Positions 32,862-42,036 of a stretch of DNA of 64,000 bases are shown here, piece by piece (within the stretch, counting starts at the first letter, position 1; each line of letters begins with the position of its first letter). Location of the stretch: assembly GCA_963823665.1 (NCBI GenBank), contig CAWGMQ010000008.1:832001-896000 (forward strand). Direction: 5' to 3'. A model generated the notes under the pieces. The model saw nothing but the letters and a program-made list of their open reading frames with translations. It was not told the DNA's origin and did no database searches. This DNA is from an uncultured Planctomycetota bacterium. Its GTDB lineage: Bacteria; Planctomycetota; Planctomycetia; Isosphaerales; Isosphaeraceae. A program made the translations under genes and the position numbers.

Positions 32862-32905
32862 GATGTTCGTTTCGCGGAGAACTGTGACATCGCATTCGCG
32901 ATCAA
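32862..32905 (-). promoter_or_regulatory. Conserved kinase upstream element (copy 4)
   Basis: Minus strand reads TTGATCGCGAATGCGATGTCACAGTTCTCCGCGAAACGAACATC. Confidence 0.65.
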
Positions 32906-33097
32906 CAGCTCGCCTGGCCAGAGCGCATCATCGATTGATGGGGCCGGGCGGCGCTCGTCCACGGCGCTTCGCCGGGCAGCGTTACGCCGAGAGCGGCGCT
33001 CTTCAACACTCGGCGAACTTCGCCCCCCCGCGAGCGTACCGCTCAAATTGGTGCACGGATAGGCTCCGGCGCCGGCACAGAGCACTTCGACGTGCCT

Positions 33098-34006
33098 TCA
33101 GCCGATCGCGCCCGCCCGATCAACAGCGATCGGCTCGTTGCTGGCATCAGGGCTTGCTGCACCGTTCCCGATCCAGACCAGCGCCCGGTGGACTTGGTCG
33201 ATCGTTTCGTGAAGCGTTGAGGTGCCAGCGGTCAGCCCGACCGTGGCGAACGGCTTGAACCAGAGCGGATCGAGATCGCCCGCGGACTGAACGTGAACCG
33301 CCGGCTTGCCGCGCTCCCGGCAGCGCGCGACGAGCTGCCGCGTGTTGTTCGAGCTTCGCCCGCCAACCACCACGACGGCTTCCACTTGTTCCAGCAGTTG
33401 TTCAAGAGCCCGCTGATGATCCTTCGTCGGCAGGCACACGGTATCGACGAACTTGATTTCTGCGCTGGGATTCAGTGCCGCCACGGCGGCGCGGATCGTG
33501 GCGACCGTTCGCTCGGTCACCGTTGTCTGGCAGACGATCCCGAGTCTCGATGACTGGTACGCCGTCACTTCGTCCGGCGACTCGATGACTTCAAAATGTT
33601 CGAGATCTTCGATGATACCCTCGACCTCGACGTGCCCACGCTTGCCGATCAAGAGCACAAAATAACCCTGGGCTTGCAGCAGCGCGGCGGCTTGATGCAC
33701 ACGCTTTACCAGCGGGCAAGTGGTGTCGACGATCTCCTTACCCGCCGACCGAAGCCGGTTCCGCTCCCGGTCGCTGATCCCGTGCGCCGTGATCAAGACT
33801 GTGCCCGTTTCCGGCAAAGCCCGCTTCCGCGCTGCCTCGCTTTGGATTGCGAACCCGCGCGTCTGGAGCTGCAGTTGCACCACCTCGTTGTGCACGAGCT
33901 CTCCGTGAATCGTGACCGCACCCGGATCGGCGATCGTTTCGATCAAAGCCAGTGAGTCACGGACTCCGAAGCACATACCCAGCACATCCGCTCGAATCAC
34001 CCGCAT
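33098..34006 (-). CDS. ispH: 4-hydroxy-3-methylbut-2-enyl diphosphate reductase
   Basis: GMCFGV, ELVHN, TAHG, DTTCPLV, GH.EV.G, QTT, DTVC.PT, GG..SNN and TAGTST motifs. Confidence 0.95.
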   Translation of the reverse strand: MRVIRADVLGMCFGVRDSLALIETIADPGAVTIHGELVHNEVVQLQLQTRGFAIQSEAARKRALPETGTVLITAHGISDRERNRLRSAGKEIVDTTCPLVKRVHQAAALLQAQGYFVLLIGKRGHVEVEGIIEDLEHFEVIESPDEVTAYQSSRLGIVCQTTVTERTVATIRAAVAALNPSAEIKFVDTVCLPTKDHQRALEQLLEQVEAVVVVGGRSSNNTRQLVARCRERGKPAVHVQSAGDLDPLWFKPFATVGLTAGTSTLHETIDQVHRALVWIGNGAASPDASNEPIAVDRAGAIG

Positions 34007-34155
34007 CAATCGCCCCCTGCCGCGCCAGAGCCAACTTTTGATCTCCAGAGATCCTCATGGTCTCCAACAGCCAGGTCGTCATCAACTTTGGATCGCAAAG
34101 TAAAAATGTGTGGAACGGCCACGCCCTTGAAGCGGGGCGTTCAGTTCGATCTGAT

Positions 34156-34557
34156 TCAGGCTGGCGACCAGCCTTCGGCGATGCTTGCGCCGGCGGCCGA
34201 GGGCGAGCTGCGTGCGGCCTGGGCGGCGTCTTTGACGACGGTTTCAAGGACGTTGATGTATTCGAAGAACCGCCGCCGTCCTTCATCGGTGACGCGGCAG
34301 AGGGTTTGGGGTCGTTTCTTGTGGAAGCCTTTCCAGATCTCGACCAGGCCGGCCTCGTAGAGGACCTGGAGGTGCCGGCTCAGGTTGCCGTCGGTGAGAT
34401 GACAGAGCTCTTTCAAGTCCGAGAAAATCACCCCTCGGGGTTGGGAAATCAGCGAGGTCATGATGCCGAGGCGGGCTTTTTCGTGGAAGACGCGCTCGAG
34501 CCCTTCATATGCGTATCGGCCGATTGATTCCTCGGTCGTGGTTTTTTGGTCAGCCAT
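34156..34557 (-). CDS. Winged-HTH transcriptional regulator (ArsR/MarR-like)
   Basis: FHEKARLGIMTSL...FSDLKELCHLTDGNLSRHLQVL.EAGLV...T.EGRRRF. Confidence 0.9.
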   Translation of the reverse strand: MADQKTTTEESIGRYAYEGLERVFHEKARLGIMTSLISQPRGVIFSDLKELCHLTDGNLSRHLQVLYEAGLVEIWKGFHKKRPQTLCRVTDEGRRRFFEYINVLETVVKDAAQAARSSPSAAGASIAEGWSPA

Positions 34558-35158
34558 GGTCTCTCTCCAGCGTGCAATAGAGCACGAGCGCGACCAGGAG
34601 CTGGCCGGCCCCGAAGGGAACGCCCATCGACCAGGGAGATAGGGCCGCTGGACCGTGTGCCAGCGCCAGAACGGCGAGACCGGTTCCCAGGTAGAAGACC
34701 GCCGCCCAGAACATTGGTCTGGGCAAGAGGCGGCAGGAGGCGAAAATCCCCAGTGCATACAGGATCTGCCACAAGCCGGGCAGCATCCAGAGGGATTCGG
34801 GTACGGCTCGCGCGATCACGACGGTGAGGAGTGCGCCGGCAATCAAGCACGGGCAGAATTGCTCGAGCGCAAGCCAAGTCAGCTCTTTCGTCATGGGCGA
34901 GCTCGAATTACGCGCCCGGATCATCATCTCGAGCCCGGCGGCCAGAATGCTCACGAGCGCAGCCGCGATCCAGAGCGCAAGATACGGCACGATCTGCGCG
35001 AGCGGCTCCGGAATCGTTACCAACTGGACGAACGCGGCCAGCACCGCAATTCCCCCCGAGAACGCCACCGGCATCGCGCGATAGCCGCGAAAGACTTCAT
35101 TGCGCGCGAGCTGAAGCCGGATCTCGGTGATTTGAGTCAACGCATCACGAAGTTCCAT
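34550..35158 (-). CDS. Membrane protein (about 6 TM) coupled to the wHTH regulator
   Basis: MELRDALTQITEIR start and hydrophobic helices; its stop overlaps the regulator start. Confidence 0.85.
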   Translation of the reverse strand: MELRDALTQITEIRLQLARNEVFRGYRAMPVAFSGGIAVLAAFVQLVTIPEPLAQIVPYLALWIAAALVSILAAGLEMMIRARNSSSPMTKELTWLALEQFCPCLIAGALLTVVIARAVPESLWMLPGLWQILYALGIFASCRLLPRPMFWAAVFYLGTGLAVLALAHGPAALSPWSMGVPFGAGQLLVALVLYCTLERDHG

Positions 35159-35504
35159 CCCCGCTCACCCTTCGTCAATGGCCGCTACGATAAGGGAATG
35201 CGACTCCCTCCTTCATGCCGGTCCACGCATCCTTTCGCTTTATAGCGTAAAGTAGACTGCGGCCTCTGTCAAGCTGTAACGATTGCGTGTTGTACAAAGG
35301 CAACGAGCCATTTCGTGTCTGCCCGTGAAGACGACCAGGGATGGCTACCGCCAGCGAGCGGGCAAGGAGCCTGTTCCGACACGAGCCCTCGAAAGCGCGG
35401 CGCCGTCGGGAGTTCGCTCGTTCTCGAATCCTGGGGACTCGATCTGCGATCTTGGCGTCGGGGGGTGACCTAGATCGGCGGCTGGACGCTGAGCCGCCCG
35501 AGCG

Positions 35505-35914
35505 TCTCCGATCCGATCTCGCTGATTCGCTCATCGGGCCACTTTTCGAGGTACTGATAGCGCGGGTGCCGCGACTCCTTGTACGGGTCGTTGCGAGCGG
35601 TGTTGTAGTAGCGAATGAGGGCCCAGCGCGGCGCATCGCTGTCGTTGCGATCCGATCGGTGCAGGAGGCTTCAGTGGAAGAAGACCGCGTCGCCAGCCTC
35701 GACCTCGCAGAAGACCCGCTCGAGCCGTTGCAATGCCACCTGCACGCATTCCGGGTCGGCGCCGGTTTGATCGCCGATCGGACCGTGGTGGATCCTGCCG
35801 ATCTGGTGCGAGCCCTTGAGCACCTGAAGGCAGCCGTTGGAGCGGTTCGCCGGATCCACGGCGACCATGCAACTGGCCAGGTTCAGAAACAGGCAGCCAT
35901 TCTCATACCTGTAG
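35505..35914 (-). pseudogene. Degenerate copy of the 3' half of the phytanoyl-CoA dioxygenase gene at 37885-38703
   Basis: Colinear nucleotide match to ~37945-38353 with many synonymous-type changes, a frameshift near 35670, and no 5' half. Confidence 0.9.
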
Positions 35915-36500
35915 GCGGCCGCGCGAGTTCCGTTTCTGTAAGTGAGCGGCTCACCCGTTCGCTCGCGAGCGCTGGTCGCAGCGGCAGACGCGGAATTCGA
36001 TCGGGTTCGAGGCCAGCCAGCGGCGTACGCAAGCGCACACGATGGCTGACCGAGCGCGGTACAGCGCCTGCTGTGCGCGGCGTCGGCCGCGAGGCACCCA
36101 GCAATCGCGGGACGCGAACCGGTGCGAGTCACGTGTGCCTGGCTTGCCCCGGAACCCACTCCAGAGCATGGGTGTCTCGCTCCCCCCCCAGGGTCGGCGG
36201 GAGAGCCCACGTTGGACTATCTGTGAGACCGATCATCGATTACCTTGATCTGACCATGATCGATTATTGAGAGGCGACCTCAAGCAGTACCAAGTTTCGT
36301 CTAGCGTTTCGGTGGACGAGACGCGAGCGTCGGCCGCGCCTCGGCGGGACCGGGGCTCGAGATGGCCGTGGTACCCGACACGACGCCACTCAACGATCTC
36401 GTTCTTTTCGATGCGGCAGATGTGCTCCCGGTCGTGTTCGGGCGGGCGCACACGCGCGCCGCCGTCCTTTCGGCGCCGACTCCGGCGCGGAGGCCAACGA

Positions 36501-37196
36501 ATGGGCTTCGCCGAGTGGATATTTCCTCACAAGACACTCGATTCGTATCCACGAACTTATATTGGCAATATTCGTAACTTGAGGCCAGACGTCGTCAAAG
36601 TCCGAGGAAGGCTTCTCGCTTCCTTCGATGAACGCGGTCCGGGTGCACCGGAGCTTTCTCCAATGCCGCCAGGCGAACGGGTGTTTCATTGGGACGGGGG
36701 TTCATGGCCGCGGAAGGCGATCATTTGGAAATCATCGCTGTTTGATGGATATGTGCTCGGCGCCTACATTGAGGATGGTACCGGTAAAATCCCTTTGCTC
36801 CTTGCTGACGAGCCAAAGGAGCCGCTTCCTCAATCGAACAGCATCTTCAGCACCCCCCAATTCTCGGAGCGATTTGCTCTCAGCCGCGTTCGTTTTAGCG
36901 GCGCAAGTTTGGCAACCTACTGCTGGTGGTTGCAAGGCACATACCCCCTCCATAGCGGGTTGTTGCACTACTTCGCACATGGTGACGAGGTCTATCTTTT
37001 AGGCCAGGTGACGGATGTTGGTTCCCTGATCGACGCGCATGAAGCAACGAGATCTCTCCACCTACCGATTGATGTCGTGCTGAACCACCTCATGCAGGAG
37101 AATTCACTGCCGCGGCAACTTCTCGGACTGATCGCTGTGACCCCCGGGATGTTTTTCAAGCTTGGGACGAACGGCATGCTTATCAAAAAGGTATAG
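36501..37196 (+). CDS. Orphan hypothetical protein, lower GC than surroundings
   Basis: GGAGG RBS, ATG 36501 and an uninterrupted ORF; no motif recognised. Confidence 0.6.
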   Translation: MGFAEWIFPHKTLDSYPRTYIGNIRNLRPDVVKVRGRLLASFDERGPGAPELSPMPPGERVFHWDGGSWPRKAIIWKSSLFDGYVLGAYIEDGTGKIPLLLADEPKEPLPQSNSIFSTPQFSERFALSRVRFSGASLATYCWWLQGTYPLHSGLLHYFAHGDEVYLLGQVTDVGSLIDAHEATRSLHLPIDVVLNHLMQENSLPRQLLGLIAVTPGMFFKLGTNGMLIKKV

Positions 37197-37299
37197 CCAC
37201 ACCGATCCGGGATTACCGCCGGGAGGACACGACACGCGAACTTCCTTCAATGGGGCGACGCCGATCTCGTCATCGATCTCTCCCTCTGCTGTTCGACTC

Positions 37300-37841
37300 T
37301 CTCATCGACGAGGAGGCACTCCTGGCCACCTGCGCCTACATCGATCTGAATCCGGTCGCTGCCGGCATCGTCGATGTTCCTGAAGCAAGCCTACACACGT
37401 CGATCACCACGCGAATTGCACACGTGAAGGAACAAGGCCGAATTCCTGACCTGACCGCCGCAAAATGTGGCAGCGTGGCCGCGTCAAACGCCGCGGCCGG
37501 CCTGGAAGAATCAATCTGGCTCTGCGGAGTCGAAGATCGGCGCAAGGTCGACTCATCACGTGAAGGAATGCTCGAGGGCTTCTCGCTAGGTAACTACGTA
37601 CACCTTGTCGAATACATCGGTCGCCTCTTCCGCGACGGCAAAGCCGTCATCTCGGCCGAGGTAGCCGGAATCTTCGAACTAATCGGCTCGAGCGCCGAAA
37701 GCTGGTGGGCTCGCATCGAGAAACTGAGCAAAGGCCGCCTCCTCGGCCGATTCTTCGCCGCCAGCCGCGCGCCTGCGCGAAGTCGCCGCTCGGATAGGCG
37801 TCCACCACCTGGATAACCTCGCCGGATGTCCGGCGCGATGA
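37300..37841 (+). mobile_element. C-terminal fragment of a REP-associated (Y1/RAYT-like) tyrosine transposase, pseudogene
   Basis: LIDEEALLATCAYIDLNPVAAG..PEAS.HTSI..R motif. The N-terminal HUH region is absent and there is a frameshift near 37770. Confidence 0.75.
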
Positions 37842-37884
37842 CCGACACGCGCCAGCGACCGCATGAATTGCCCGTCGTAACGCG

Positions 37885-38703
37885 TTACGAGCCTATATCG
37901 CTTTCGTACTCGTCGATGATATCCTGTGACATGCGGTGCAGTTGTTCCGCTCCGATCTCCTTGATTCGGTCATCGGGCCACTTTTCCAGGTTGTGGTATC
38001 GCGGGTGCCGCGATTCCTTGTACGGGTCGTTGCGAGCGGCGTTGTAGCAGCAGATCAGTGCCCACCGAGGTGCATCGCTGTCATTGCGATTGGATCGGTG
38101 GAGCAGGTTGCAGTGGAAGAAGATCGCGTCGCCGGACTCAACCTCGCAGAGCACTCGCTCGAGACGGCCGAGCGCCACCTGTACGCGTTCCGGGTCGGCG
38201 CCGGTCTGGTCACCGATCGGACCGTGGTTGATCCGCCCGATCCGGTGCGACCCCTTGAGCACCTGAAGGCAGCCATTGGAGCGGTTCGCCGGATCGACCG
38301 CGACCATGCAACTGGCCAGTTCCGGAAACAAGCAGCCGTTCTCGTACCAGTAGCCAAAATCCTGGTGCCATTCCCAGGCCCCACCCACTCGCGGTTCCTT
38401 GAGAATCATCTTGTGGTGATAATGATACACCTCGCCGCCCAGGAGTTTTTCCATCGTATCGACGATGCGCCGGCAGCGTACGAACGCGCTGTAAATGTCA
38501 TTCCCGAGCTCATTTCGTACCGACAGCCGGATCACGCCGCCCTCGCCATCGCGGCGGCTTGCGGCCTGGGTTAGAAGCTCGTGATCGGCCCGTGCGATCT
38601 GGCTCAACAGCTTCATTTCATCGAGATCGAACAGGCGCTCGACGATCAGATAGCCGTCGCGCGAGAACTGCTCACAGAGGGTATCGCTCAGGATGAATGA
38701 CAT
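37885..38703 (-). CDS. Phytanoyl-CoA dioxygenase (PhyH) family Fe(II)/2OG dioxygenase, ectoine-hydroxylase-like
   Basis: YHYHHKMILKEP, WHQD.GYWY, NGCLQVLKGSH and FFHCNLLHRS motifs. Confidence 0.92.
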   Translation of the reverse strand: MSFILSDTLCEQFSRDGYLIVERLFDLDEMKLLSQIARADHELLTQAASRRDGEGGVIRLSVRNELGNDIYSAFVRCRRIVDTMEKLLGGEVYHYHHKMILKEPRVGGAWEWHQDFGYWYENGCLFPELASCMVAVDPANRSNGCLQVLKGSHRIGRINHGPIGDQTGADPERVQVALGRLERVLCEVESGDAIFFHCNLLHRSNRNDSDAPRWALICCYNAARNDPYKESRHPRYHNLEKWPDDRIKEIGAEQLHRMSQDIIDEYESDIGS

Positions 38704-39964
38704 GGAGTGCTATTGTACCGCAGGGTGACGTTCCTAGATCAGGTGCGCGTTGTCGCAGGGGCAACGGAATGATCGCACTAACGTGCGAGGCTGGGGGTTA
38801 CCCGTCCGAACGACGGTCTGACGACCGCGGTCACGTTCCCGGGCGCGGCGAGAGACGGATCACGGGAGACGAGCACTCGCTGAGCCGAAGCGCTGGGATG
38901 CGGACATGGTGGCGGAACAGTACGAGGGGGTTTTCTGGTCGTGTTGCGGCCGGTTGTCGGTCAGGATTTCGTGAATTGGATGAGCGCGACAAAATCCATT
39001 GATTGCCAAGGCGTGGATCGCAGGAGTTGTCGGCGCAAATGATGACTGGGCGGGGTCTTGTGAGGAGTGCGACGGATGGTTGACGACGGTAAATCACGGC
39101 GTAGACACGCGTTTTGATTCGACCAGTTGTTCACAATTAACAAAGAAATCGCGCAAAGCCGTATCTCGTGACGTTGCAGCCGTGTCGATCGAGTGATTGC
39201 AGTTTATTTGGAGGGTTTTATTGCCGGAATCCGAAACCCGTCGCATATTATATATAGATAAGAAGTAGTCCGCGGAAGCGCGATGCTGGCGCGATGGGCG
39301 GTGTCCTCTGCCTTCCCAACTCCTCGTCGATCTCAACTCATCCTGAGAACAGCGGTCAACTTCTCGCATAGAGTGCCATTCAATGCCAGATCGTGACATG
39401 GGCAAAGAAGCTGAGATTCGCTCCGAGAACCAGGCAGGCCTTATCGCTCGGCGGTATTTCTGCGTGGCGCCGGGCAGCTTTGCCGGGTCATCAGGTGAGC
39501 GTCGGGTTTGCCGGCTGGATTCTGAACGAGCAGAAGGGGAAGAATCTCCAGTTATTGATACCATTTGTGATCATTCTGATCCATGGGGTAAGAGGCTTGT
39601 GTATCGACCCAAGCCGTCTTCACATGTGCACTTGCGGAGGGCGGCCGATCCGGATTCGGGGGTGGAGCGCGTCGCGGGGCGCTCCATGGCGATTTTGGAC
39701 CAAAGCGACATGGACACAGGAAGTTTTGGCTTCGATTTCGGACCGTGGCTCGCGATCTCGAGCGAGCGAACTCGTTCCCGTAATCCTTGTGCGGTAAGGA
39801 CGCGCGACGAATGTACAAAACGAAGTGGTCGGTCGGGGTGCACGGATGGACATCGAGTTTTTGGGCTCGCGTAGCGGAAATCAGTAACATTCAGAAACGC
39901 AACAACCGGGACGGTCCCGCCTTGGCCCGTGAACGGCGGCGTGCGGATGGCGGGAAGAAGAATT

Positions 39965-40003
39965 CGAGTACGAGTACGAGCACGAGTACGAGCACGAGTA
40001 CGA
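39965..40003 (+). repeat. Hexamer tandem repeat (CGAGYA) x6.5
   Basis: CGAGTA CGAGTA CGAGCA CGAGTA CGAGCA CGAGTA CGA. Confidence 0.9.
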
Positions 40004-40229
40004 TTCGGAATGGTGCGGTCGATCGAGTCTCCATCGACGGCCGACCGAGGCTTCCCTTTCTAGCGAAGGGTGAAACTGACTGCCCCGCCGAGTGCGGCGG
40101 CACCTGCTTTACATGGGCGGGAGGAATGCCGGACGCACTTTCGCGGGAGCGAAAGGCCACTATCGGCGGGCGGGAGCGTTCGGATTTGACGAAATGGCTG
40201 CGAACAGGAGGGGAAATGGGGGGTTCCGA

Positions 40230-40359
40230 CAAAAACGCCGTCAGGCGTAAATATCGAAGGCGAAAAGAGATGTGTCAAAACGGCGTCCGAGGGCCAAGTG
40301 GGGCCGTCAGGCGTAAGTCCAATCGCAGTAAGGCGCTGACGGCCATGACGGCGTTTTTG
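40230..40359. repeat. Nested inverted-repeat element: 14-bp terminal IR enclosing two GCCGTCAGGCGTAA units
   Basis: CAAAAACGCCGTCA (40230-40243) pairs with TGACGGCGTTTTTG (40346-40359). Inner GGCCGTCAG (40302-40310) pairs with CTGACGGCC (40336-40344). Confidence 0.75.
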
Positions 40360-40662
40360 GGGGGCGCATTCGGTTGTGTAGGGGGGGGTCTGCGGAGCCA
40401 ACTGTGCGAATGGAGGACGAAAGCTAGCGCAGGTGGTGGGCCCGCGCTCGGGACGTCGGAGGCGCCAGGCTTTACGGTGCTCTGTGACTGGGATGAGCGA
40501 ATTCCCGTGCAAGCTGGCTCGTCTTCGGTTAGACTCGAGCCCCTACGGGTCCGAGAGCGGCACCGAATCTGCTCAAACTTCTGCTGGGGATCCAGAGCAA
40601 CGCGCGGTGTTCTACAATTCTCTCGGCCTGGAAACCCGTCGGAGGACTGAGTTTCGCCCGTC

Positions 40663-42036
40663 ATGGGATACGTTGAGATCCTGCTCATCGCGGGTTTGAT
40701 CATCATCAACGGCTTTTTCGTTTCGGTCGAGTTCGCCCTTGTCAAAGTGCGGACCACCCAGATCGAACAACTGGCGGAGCAGGGCAACTGGGCCGCCAAG
40801 CTGACGAGCAAAGCCCTCGATCGACTCGACTTCTACCTTTCCGCATCGCAGATCGGAATCACCGTCGCCAGCCTCGCACTGGGCCGGGCCATGCACGACT
40901 GGGTCGAGCCCCTCGTGGAATCGAGCCTGCGCGCGATGCACATCCGGGTGACGCCCATCGCGGTCTTCGGGATTTCGATTCCGACCGTGACCATTGTTGC
41001 ACTTACGCTTGTAACGTTCTTGCACATGGCGCTTGGTGAGCAGGCGCCGAAGAACCTGGCGATTCGTGCTCCCCGGCTGGTCGTGCTTCTGACGGCGCCC
41101 CCGCTGGTGATTCTATCGTATGTCTTCTCTCCGGTGATCTGGGTCTTGAACAAGGCCAGCAACTTGACGCTGTGGGTGCTCGGATTGGGGCACACGAGCA
41201 CGGCGGAGCTCGCGCACAGTGAGGAAGAGCTGCGGCTCATCGTGGCCGAGAGCGTTGCGGGCGGGCACCTGTCGCGGAACGAGCGCGAGATGATCGAGAA
41301 CGTGCTGAACCTGGAAGAGAAGACAGCACGACGCGTGATGGTGCCTCGGCCCGACATCGTGTATATGAGTCTGGCGCGGCCGCTCGATGAGAACCTGCGG
41401 GTCGCACGGCAGGCGGGGCACACACGCTTCCCGCTTTGCGAGGACGACCTTTCCACGGTGGTCGGGCTAATCCACGTCAAGGACATCTTCCGTAGCGGCG
41501 CTGGTCAGAACGGTCGCACTGAGCTGCGACAGCTCGCAAGGAAGATTCCGTTCTTCCCGGTCACCTTGCGGCTCGACCAGCTCTTGCTCGAATTCCAGCG
41601 CAATCGCGTTCATCTGGCGATGCTGCTCGATGAGTACGGAAGCGTCGCCGGGATGGTTACTCTGGAAAACGTGCTGGAAGAACTGGTGGGCCCGATCCAG
41701 GATGAATTCGACCGCGAGACGCCGCCGATCACGCCCGTGGGCGACGACACGTACGAGGTCGACGCCTCGTGCCCACTCGACGTCCTCAGCGAAACCTGCC
41801 ACTTGCAATTCCCGGAGACCGATGCCGAGACGGCCGGCGGTCTCGTGCTCGACCTGCTGGGCCGGCTGGGGAAACAGGGCGACAGCGTCACGGTTGACGG
41901 CCATCGCATCATCATCCTCCGCGCCGATCCCACCCGGATCAGACGACTCCGCATCGAGCCCATAGAGACACCGGTCGGAGCCAAGTCGGCCGAAAATGGA
42001 GCCGAGCAGGCGCAAGGGGCAGAGACCCGAGAGTAG
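40663..42036 (+). CDS. Hemolysin-family CNNM/CBS/CorC domain protein (TlyC-like)
   Basis: NGFFVSVEFALVKVR, SQIGIT, GEQAPK, VMVPRPDI, HTRFP and DEYG..AG.VTLE..LEELVG.I.DEFD motifs. Confidence 0.95.
   Translation: MGYVEILLIAGLIIINGFFVSVEFALVKVRTTQIEQLAEQGNWAAKLTSKALDRLDFYLSASQIGITVASLALGRAMHDWVEPLVESSLRAMHIRVTPIAVFGISIPTVTIVALTLVTFLHMALGEQAPKNLAIRAPRLVVLLTAPPLVILSYVFSPVIWVLNKASNLTLWVLGLGHTSTAELAHSEEELRLIVAESVAGGHLSRNEREMIENVLNLEEKTARRVMVPRPDIVYMSLARPLDENLRVARQAGHTRFPLCEDDLSTVVGLIHVKDIFRSGAGQNGRTELRQLARKIPFFPVTLRLDQLLLEFQRNRVHLAMLLDEYGSVAGMVTLENVLEELVGPIQDEFDRETPPITPVGDDTYEVDASCPLDVLSETCHLQFPETDAETAGGLVLDLLGRLGKQGDSVTVDGHRIIILRADPTRIRRLRIEPIETPVGAKSAENGAEQAQGAETRE

Noticed and set aside
36233..36451. 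Possible toxin-like fragment (..IVEWRRVGYH..)
   Set aside because: Too short and lacking a credible start or antitoxin partner; the resemblance could be chance.
35505..38353. Diversity-generating retroelement (TR/VR pair) explanation for the phyH duplication
   Set aside because: Mismatches are not adenine-specific and look mostly synonymous; there is no reverse transcriptase in the window.
39787..40650. 287-aa ORF containing STSTSTST
   Set aside because: It is the translation of a non-coding hexamer tract and palindromes, with no protein-like composition or RBS.
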